Of a stretch of 64,000 bases of DNA, positions 55,354-64,000 are shown one piece after another (position 1 is the stretch's first letter; each line of letters opens with the position of its first letter). The notes beneath the pieces are model-generated. The model made no database searches. It worked only from the letters and a program-made list of their open reading frames with translations, and was not told the DNA's origin. Source of the stretch: Octopus sinensis (Eukaryota); the NCBI RefSeq assembly GCF_006345805.1, contig NC_042997.1, positions 55,800,001-55,864,000 on the forward strand. Direction: 5' to 3'. Both the position numbers and the translations under genes were made by a program.

Positions 55354-56315
55354 CAAAAATCCTTTGGGCATATAAAGGCAATAATGATGCTGTATAAAAA
55401 CACCTGAGCGAAAGTACGGTCACCAGATGGAGATACTGACTTCTTCCATGTTCGTGCAAGAGTACTGCAGTGTGACACACTAGCTCCTTACTTGTTCGTC
55501 GTGTGTCTGGATTATGTATTGCGTACCTCAATAGATCAACACAATGATCTGGATTTCATTTTACAGAAGTCTAGAAACAGAAGATATCCGGCCACACACC
55601 TGACTGACGCCGATTGTGCTGATGACATAGCGCTCTTCGCAGACAACACTAAAAATGCTGAACGTTTACTCCATCTCCTGGAACATGCTGCCGCTAACAT
55701 AGAACTATAGGTGAATGAAAAGAAGACAGAGTTTATCACCCTGAATACAACAGGTGAAATCAGGACCATCAAACAGAAGCCCTTGAAAAAGTGACAACGA
55801 GGCAGCAATAACGTGTCCACTGAAATGGATATTAAATCTCGTGTTGTTGAGGCTTGGGCAGCTATAGACGGTCTTAGAACAATATGGAAGTCAACCCTAC
55901 CAGATAAGCTGAAGAGACAGTTCTCCAGAGCAGTTGTGGAATCTGTGCTTGTATATGGATCTCCGACTTTGACTCTCACCAAGAGATTCGGGTGCATGCT
56001 GGACGGCGTCTACACCGGAATGTCACGTGCAGTGCTCAACATCCCATGGAGGGAGCACCCAACAATACAACGGTTATATGGGAATGTACCAACTTTCTCA
56101 TCAACCATCCAAGAGCGGAGATTGAGGTTTGCTGGCCACTCTGGAGAAGTAAAGAAGAACTAGTGAGTAAGGTATTGCTGTGGACACCAAATCATGGTTA
56201 TACAGTGGCCGGAAGACCACAGAAGACGTATATACACCATCTTGCAGAAGATGTTGGATGCCAAATTGAAGACCTAAAAAACACTAAAGGAAGATCGGGA
56301 GGAATGGAGAGAGGT
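55354..56315 (+). mobile_element. RTE-clade LINE reverse transcriptase fragment
   Basis: VLQCDTLAPYLF...CADDIAL...VNEKKTE...VESVLVYGS...RRLRFAGH...VLLWTP...GRP.KTYI...DREEWRE with frameshifts. Confidence 0.88.
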
Positions 56316-56883
56316 AGTCAGGCTGGCCCGGGCACGAAATTTTATCCCAGCGAGAGTTCCGGACCCCAGTTATGAACTCATTTGCATACAGCCAATCAGA
56401 GCTCAGCTATCAAATTAATTTATGAGAGCATAGCAAGTGATGGGCGATAAGATAAGGTCACTTGGGTATGGAATGACCATGCTTCTTTCCTCTTTTAAAA
56501 ATGTTTGTTGTTCTTGTTCTTGTTTCAACCATGGCCAAATTTGCGTAGTTATTTGTTATTGTTTATTTGTAAAGCAGTAAGTACATCACCCTCTACCCAC
56601 ATTTTCCCATCCACATCTTTACCATAAGGGGCTCTTACAAAATCCGATAATAGGTATAGATGCAAATCTATCTAATTACTTGTCTCCTTCTAAAATCAGG
56701 CATAACTTGGCGATCGGTCGACTTACATCACCGTTCTTCGTCTTGAGTTTACTTGGTAGAGTTTGTTAGCTTTACAACAAGGTCAAGGTGAGTTCTGATT
56801 GGCTGTATGCAAATGAGTTCATTCCTCGTGTCCGGAACTCTCGTGAGAAAAAAGAATTTCGTGCCCGGGCAATCAGCCTGACT
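56316..56883. mobile_element. MITE with ~90-bp TIRs
   Basis: agtcaggctg-gcccgggcacgaaatt...atttgcatacagccaatcagag (56316-56406) is mirrored at 56790-56883. Superfamily not resolved. Confidence 0.85.
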
Positions 56884-57305
56884 GGATGATGCCTCGATAA
56901 AAAACTTTTTTTAAGTTTGTTAGTTTGAGATTGATAAATAAAATGAAAATCAAGAATAGCACCTTAGTGCAGTTGTCAGAACGTAGGGCGAGATGGCTTT
57001 TAGCTCTTTCCACTTTGAGTTCAAAATCTGCTTTCTTTCTCATTGAGAACTCAGATAAAACATGACAGATCACCACACCGATTGAAGAAACATCAATATG
57101 CATATATGCAGCCACATTATTCCAGCAAATTAAACTCCTGGAGAGTGTGTTTGTATGTGCGTATATATATCACTGTCACCGTCACCGTGATCGACCAGGC
57201 TATCAGATGATGCTACACATCGCTGGTCACAATGCGCTTCGCATTGTTTTAGCCTTCAAATGACGCCACCCCGCTGGCTAAGCGAGCAGACTAATGTATA
57301 TATAT

Positions 57306-57352
<47 letters not shown>

Positions 57353-58177
57353 TATATATTCTTTCTTTTATTCTTTTACTTATTTCAGTCATTTGACTGC
57401 GTCCATGCTGGAGCACCGCCTTGAGGTTTTGTTAGACAAACAAATTGCCTCCAGGCTTGGTTCTCGTATTGTAATTTATTTCTCGTTTTGTATTTTCTTG
57501 TACATGTATCTTTTATTTTTGTATTTTTTCTTATTTTTTTGTGCAGTTCTTTGTTACGTCCCTTTTTGTGTTACATTTTTTTCTTGCCCGTTTTGCCCCT
57601 CTGCGAGGTTATTTTATTTTAATTCTCTCGTAGGAAGGCCTAGGAAGGCCTAGCATGACCAGACGTGTCATATCTTGCCTTCGAAACACGCTATGTCTGC
57701 TAGTGACAGCTGATGAAGGGGATTTTTCCTTGTGTAGAATGTCCTGTACCTCATTTTTCTGCTGTACATAATGTTTTTCCCGTTTTCGTTTCGTCCTGTT
57801 TCACGTCTCTGTCCTTCTGTTGTAACAAAATAGCTTTTCCGTTTTCGTTTCTGTTCATTTGTACGTCTTTTTGTGGTGTCCTGTACGTATATATATTTAT
57901 ATATGCATGTATATATATACATGTAGATGTCGGTACGTACATATATGTTTGTATGTATGCATATATTTTATTTATTACACTATATATACATATACATACA
58001 TACACACAAACACACACACACACACACACACATCACATATACAAACATGTGACGCCCCGGCATAGCCGCTGTCTAATGACTGAGACAAGTAAAAGATATG
58101 TGCGTGTATGTATGTATGTATGTATATGTATGTATGTATGTACTTATGTATCTACGTATTTACGTATGCATGTTATT

Positions 58178-58960
58178 ACACAGGGTATTCAGGTTAAATT
58201 TCAAGATTTTATTTTGTCTCCTTTTTTCAGGAGCAGCTTGACATAGTAATGAATAGTCAACGGCGTTGGAGAGCATAAAGAATAAAGCTGTAAGTGAGTA
58301 AAAATTAGCTAACATGGAGGACTGGAAGCCATACGAATATTGGAAAAGAATTACTTGTATCGTGATGATTCACACTGGGTATCAAAATGCCGACATCATG
58401 ACTGCTAATCTGTGAACACTGTAAAAGCGATAAAATGTGACATGGACCGCTGCAATGAAGGCTACGAAGCCGTGACTAGAAGGAAGGGACACAACACAGT
58501 GTGTCTCCACTAATAGTGACGTCAAACCGCTCCATACCTTTGATGGTTATGTGAAACTGCAGGAGATTGTGGTCAAACCCTATTTAAAGAGGGCTGCTGT
58601 TGAAAGACCATATGATTAGCAACAGCATTCGGTTCCTTGCCATACCCCCGGAAAGTGCCAGAAAAGATTGTCGGAGAATTTATACGATATCCCGAGCCCC
58701 AGTTTCTGGCACCCTAATTCCCTTGATTGTAATCCCATGGATTACTATGAGTGAGAAGCGGTTGAGAAAGGCACCAACCGTTCTGTCTGCAATACCAAGG
58801 CCGAGCTGGTGTACAAATCAAAGACATACTCGAAGATCTTCACAGGGACACAGTGTAGAACGCATGAACCTGATGAAGGATCCGTCTTGAAGCCTCGGTG
58901 GAAACTGGGGGTAGCTACTTTCAGTAAACTATAACTCTCAACCATAATCTGGTTGATATT
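58178..58960 (+). mobile_element. maT/DD37D transposon deletion derivative
   Basis: cagggtattcagg terminus; QQHSVPCHT...WHPNSLDCNPMDYYE*EAVEKGTN...NTKAEL. Confidence 0.75.
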
Positions 58961-59424
58961 TTTTGATTTAAAAAAAAAAATATTTTGACAGTATCATGAC
59001 TGGTTCTATTTACTTGAACTTTCCGCGACAATCATGTCAAGCGTTCAAGCGTTCAAAATTTTGAAAATGTCATGTCAAGCGTTCACGATGTTGAAAATGT
59101 AGTTTTATATTTTCAGCAAGATGGAACTCCTCCACGCTAACATAGTAATGTAAGAGCCTGCCTTGGAAAGAATTTATCAACCAGGCGGACTGAACGAAGA
59201 GGTTCAGTAGAATAACTTCTGCATTCACCGGACCTCACAGTAGCGGTTTTCAACCAGGTCCATGTGACACCTGATGGTTCATATAAGATTTTGGGAGATC
59301 CACACAAGGAAAATAGTAAACTGAAGATCCACAGAGGTATTTTAAGGTTTCATTAAAAATTCTGCTTTAGCTGTATTTATTGCAAGAGACAGATCAGTTT
59401 CTTTCTCTAATGTTTTACATAGTA

Positions 59425-59661
59425 CGTGGTCTGATCAATAAGTATCCGGAATGTTGCCATAGTAACGAAACTAAAACACGCAAAATAAAGCCACTTGACA
59501 CAGATTGACCTTGACTATGCTATAAATGTGCACTGAGTTTTAACGTTCTAGCTCACTTCTGCTGTTTACAACAGTGCTTGGAAGGAAGGTGTTTAGTGTG
59601 TGATCGTTGTATTGGCCATAAAGACAAAGTTGTGCAGGGAATATGCATCGAATTTTGCTGT
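59425..59661 (+). mobile_element. Mariner 5' end (TIR, UTR, first transposase codons)
   Basis: TA|cgtggtctgatcaataagtatccgg...atatgcatcgaattttgc (ICIEFC). Confidence 0.82.
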
Positions 59662-60361
59662 ATTTTTTAAATTAAAATTTGTTAGAAACAATCATTCTTC
59701 ATTCACCTGATAGCATGTATAATATAGCTGAGAAATAGTGGTAGCTTGAATAAAATTTAATTGAAAGAAAAATATTAGGTCCATTGGACCCAGTTGGTAA
59801 ATAGTGACATACATTTTCTCCGGTGGACCAAGGGTTAACTGAAGGTTATATTGGGCATTTTACCTGTTAACCTGCTATGTTAAAAATTTTATGAAGTTTA
59901 AAATCGTCTGAGAAACATGATAGTACTGACATTTGTGACGTTATTAATAAACGTGACAAAGACAAATGGGTTTAACACAGGGTCTTGGAAGACATTACTG
60001 ATGATTTTTATTGAGCTTGCATGAATTCATAAATAACATGTTGAATTCTGCTTACAAAGAAAGACGTAATTCAGTGTAGAGGTTTTCCAAGAACTACTGC
60101 TATTTTTGAGATTGGAATTTTTTTTTTTTTCAATAGAACGGTTTCTGGACGTTTTAAAAAAACTGTTATTCTCTTCGTGAGCTCACATTGCCTAAAATCC
60201 AGGCATTTAACTCTAGTTGCCGTAACATTAGACACACAATAGACAAACGCGTTCTCTTCTCCATATCGTAGGTGTATTTCCGAATGGGGTGAGGAAAGAT
60301 AACTCACTAACACAAGCCAATAAAGCTTTCGTAAATTTCACAGTAGTGTCAAATGTTTACA

Positions 60362-60420
<59 letters not shown>

Positions 60421-60462
60421 TATTATATATATATATATATATACGTACATATATATACGTAC

Positions 60463-60537
<75 letters not shown>

Positions 60538-61417
60538 CTAGGTCTGATCAGTGAGCATCCGGACTGCTGCTATAGTAACGAAGCTAAAGCACGTGCACGC
60601 ATACTGAAGCTGCTCGGTAAAGATTGACCTTGGACACTGCTGTGCATGCGCACTATGTTTTAGCATTCTAGCTCACTTCCGCTGTTTACAGCAGGGCTTG
60701 GAAGGAATGTGTGTAGCGTGTGATCATTGCATTGACCATAACAAAGTTGAGCAGAGAATCTGCATCAAATTTTGCCATAAGCTTGGCGATATCTGCTCAG
60801 AGGCCAATGAAAAGTTTTCAAAAACTTTTCATCGTTCTCGTCACACTCAAGGAGATTTTGTGCAACAGAAATCCAAGTGTCTTTTTGGTCAGTTGAAAGC
60901 AGTTTTGGCACAAACTTGGCAGACACACGTCTCATACCCAAATCTTCAGTGTTAATGGACTGAACTGAACCGTAACTAATCTGCACATCCTCTGATAACT
61001 CGCAGATTGTGATTCGATGATTTCCCCTTCACAGCTGCAAGCACACCTTCGATGTTTTTCTCAGTTCTGCTGGTTGCGAGTCTCCCAGAACTTTCGTCAA
61101 TATCGACATTTTTTCGACAATCTTGGAAACGCCTGAACCAGCTCATACATTCCTCTCCATACACTTTCTGCAACTTTGCGCAGGCCTCTGAGCAAGTATC
61201 GCCATGACATCTTTCTCTATCATGGTCAATGCAACGATCACACGCCACACACCTTCCTTCCAAGCACTGTTGTAAAGAACGGAAGTGAACTAGAACGCTA
61301 AAACTTAGTGTGCATGCACAGCAGAGTTCAAGGTTAATCTTTGCCAAGCAGCTTCACTCTATATCCTTTAGCTTTGTTACTATACCAACTTTCTGGATAC
61401 TTATTGATCAGACTTCG
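60538..61417. mobile_element. Fold-back mariner derivative (two 5' ends head-to-head)
   Basis: TA-flanked TIRs at both ends. Plus arm EQRICIKFCHKLGD; minus arm WFRRFQ...SGR...GMRRVSAKFVPKLLS...DEKFLK. Confidence 0.88.
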
Positions 61418-61837
61418 TACAAGCAAATGTGTGAAAAGCAAAACATGGATTTTGAAAGAAGTATCTACAAAACTAGTTTTTAAACATCGTATGGCTATGG
61501 CGATCCACCAGAATAAAACAGTAATCAAAGGGATCTGTAGGTAAAACAATGGTTGAGAACCACAACGTTATAGCATAAAAGCGGTAACAGTTGGTGAAGT
61601 GATGGCAGCCACTGAATAAGAATGTGTGCAAATATCAAGCTAAATGTTTCTGTATGCTATTCCATTGCTTCACGGTTTCAGCAGTGCTTGGACCAGAACG
61701 GTTATTAGTTTGCAAATATAGGCGTTCATAGAAAATATCTTCTATTAGTAGATTCTATTAATTTTTATAGGCGAAAAATATTTTAATAAACACTGACTTT
61801 GTAATCGCGCAACGTCTATATGCATTTTTCGCAACTC

Positions 61838-62592
<755 letters not shown>

Positions 62593-63649
62593 GTGTAGTG
62601 CAAGAGAAATAGAGAATACGAGCGGCTATAACAAATTAAATCAGTAGAAAGGTTTGGAGACGATATGAAAGTAATAAAGGGAGATCGACAACAACAACAA
62701 CAAAAACACAACCAACAATTGTTGAAAAATAGGAACTATGAAAGTATTGAAAACTAGGGGTTCGAAAGACGGGGATGGAGAGAGGAGGAAAGGAGCCATG
62801 AAATGTTAGAAAACTACAGAAAGGAAAGTGGGTGTAGAAAGATAGAAGTGATTGCATAGAGGAACTCAGACGGGAAAAGGAATGATGTAGGGGTCTAGGA
62901 AAGAAGAGAGACGGTTTAAAAGAGAGAAAACAACATGCAAAATGAGCATAAAGTAGTCGAAGAGATAGGAATTGTTTTGCGCTTGCTGCTGTTTAGCGGC
63001 AGGTCAGCATGTGGCTATACAGCAACAACAATGGCGTACGTGCCATCTATGACCATCTGGTCTATTTTTAAGGCAGTTACGGTATAATTTAAATGAAACT
63101 TGGCTGCTATTCCTAGCCAGTTGAGAGACTAGGCTTTCGTGTTGGTTCTGAGCGATATTGATGGAGAAGAGGAAGAAGTGAGGAAAGATTAGACGAATGA
63201 GAAAGCATGTATTCGTCAGAGAAAGGTGGCCAGAAGAGAGAGAATGAGGAAAAGCAGAGAGAGGTGGTGTATAAGAATTGAAGAGAAAGAGAGAGTTGGT
63301 GAAGGAGAGTGAACTGGGGTGGGGGAGAATGATAGAAGATTAGGAATGGTTAGAGATAGGATGAAGGAATGAAAGAGAAATAGATGGAATGAATGAATGT
63401 ATGAATGAATGAATGAATGAATGAATGAATGAATGAATGACAGGAAAAAGAAATAAACAAAGAAACAAACAAAGGAGGGTAAGAAAGAAACAAAAGTAAG
63501 AAACAAAGTAAGAAAGAAAATGAGAAAAAGAAGGAAAAAAGGAAAATGAAAGTAAAATGTGAATGAGAGAAAGAACAAGTCAAGCAATAAAACGAGAAGG
63601 AGAGGAAGAGGAAGAGTAGTGAAGAGTGAGCAAATGTTAAGATAAGTTG

Positions 63650-63761
63650 GAAGAAGAAGAAGAAGAAGAAGAAGAAGAAGAAGAAGAAGAAGAAGAAGAA
63701 GACGGGGAAGGACGAGGAGGGGAAGATGGAAAGAAGGAAGGAAAGAAGAAAGAAAGAAGGA

Positions 63762-63807
<46 letters not shown>
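63650..63807. repeat. (GAA)n and (GAAA)n microsatellites
   Basis: Direct reading. Confidence 0.95.
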
Positions 63808-63808
<1 letters not shown>

Positions 63809-64000
63809 GCCAAGGACATGAGCGTAATATGATGTAATATATGCATACACACACGCACATGTATGCTTATATCTGTGAGTGAACATGTTTGTAGACATAA
63901 TGATAGACAAAAACATACTGTGTGATTAAGAAATTCGTTGGCCAATCACAAGATCTTACTTTCGATACTGGTACATGGCAAGTACCTTCTAACACGGCCT

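Larger units (their letters stand above)
59241..61565. mobile_element. hAT-like MITE split by a ~2-kb insertion
   Basis: TIRs tagcggttttcaacc (59241) and ggttgagaaccacaa (61551-61565), 12/15 match. Decayed 8-bp TSD cctcacag/cgttatag. Halves end at TA 59423-59424 and resume at TA 61418-61419. Confidence 0.6.

Noticed and set aside
57670-57745. GAAAC...GTC...CTGATGA permuted hammerhead
   Set aside because: Stem I does not pair in register in either type I or type II reading.

Overview
AT-rich eukaryotic DNA dominated by microsatellites and decayed mobile elements. The repeat landscape (tRNA-derived SINEs, ACAT/AT/GATA/AAT tracts) looks like an octopus (coleoid cephalopod) genome; this is inference from pattern recognition. 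There is no complete protein-coding gene, rRNA, true tRNA or CRISPR array, and almost all long ORFs in the track are microsatellite translations. Recognisable content: SINEs (some in tandem multimers), non-LTR relics (CRE-like and R4/Dong-like RLE elements, Penelope-like, CR1/Jockey-like, Tx1/L1, RTE), DNA transposon relics (maT/DD37D, Tc1, mariner, Merlin, hAT and other MITEs), a PP2C-phosphatase pseudo-exon and a few weak candidate exons. Most notable: (1) several hammerhead-ribozyme motifs from at least three families, two with an intact core (21423-21475, 34937-35028), plus a ~200-bp ribozyme-bearing tandem repeat and two long palindromes that turn at or near a hammerhead; (2) a ~2-kb composite bounded by two mariner 5' ends that splits a hAT MITE and carries unrelated DNA; (3) SINE multimers that restart at the same internal base. 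Element boundaries are approximate unless a TSD or TIR is quoted.
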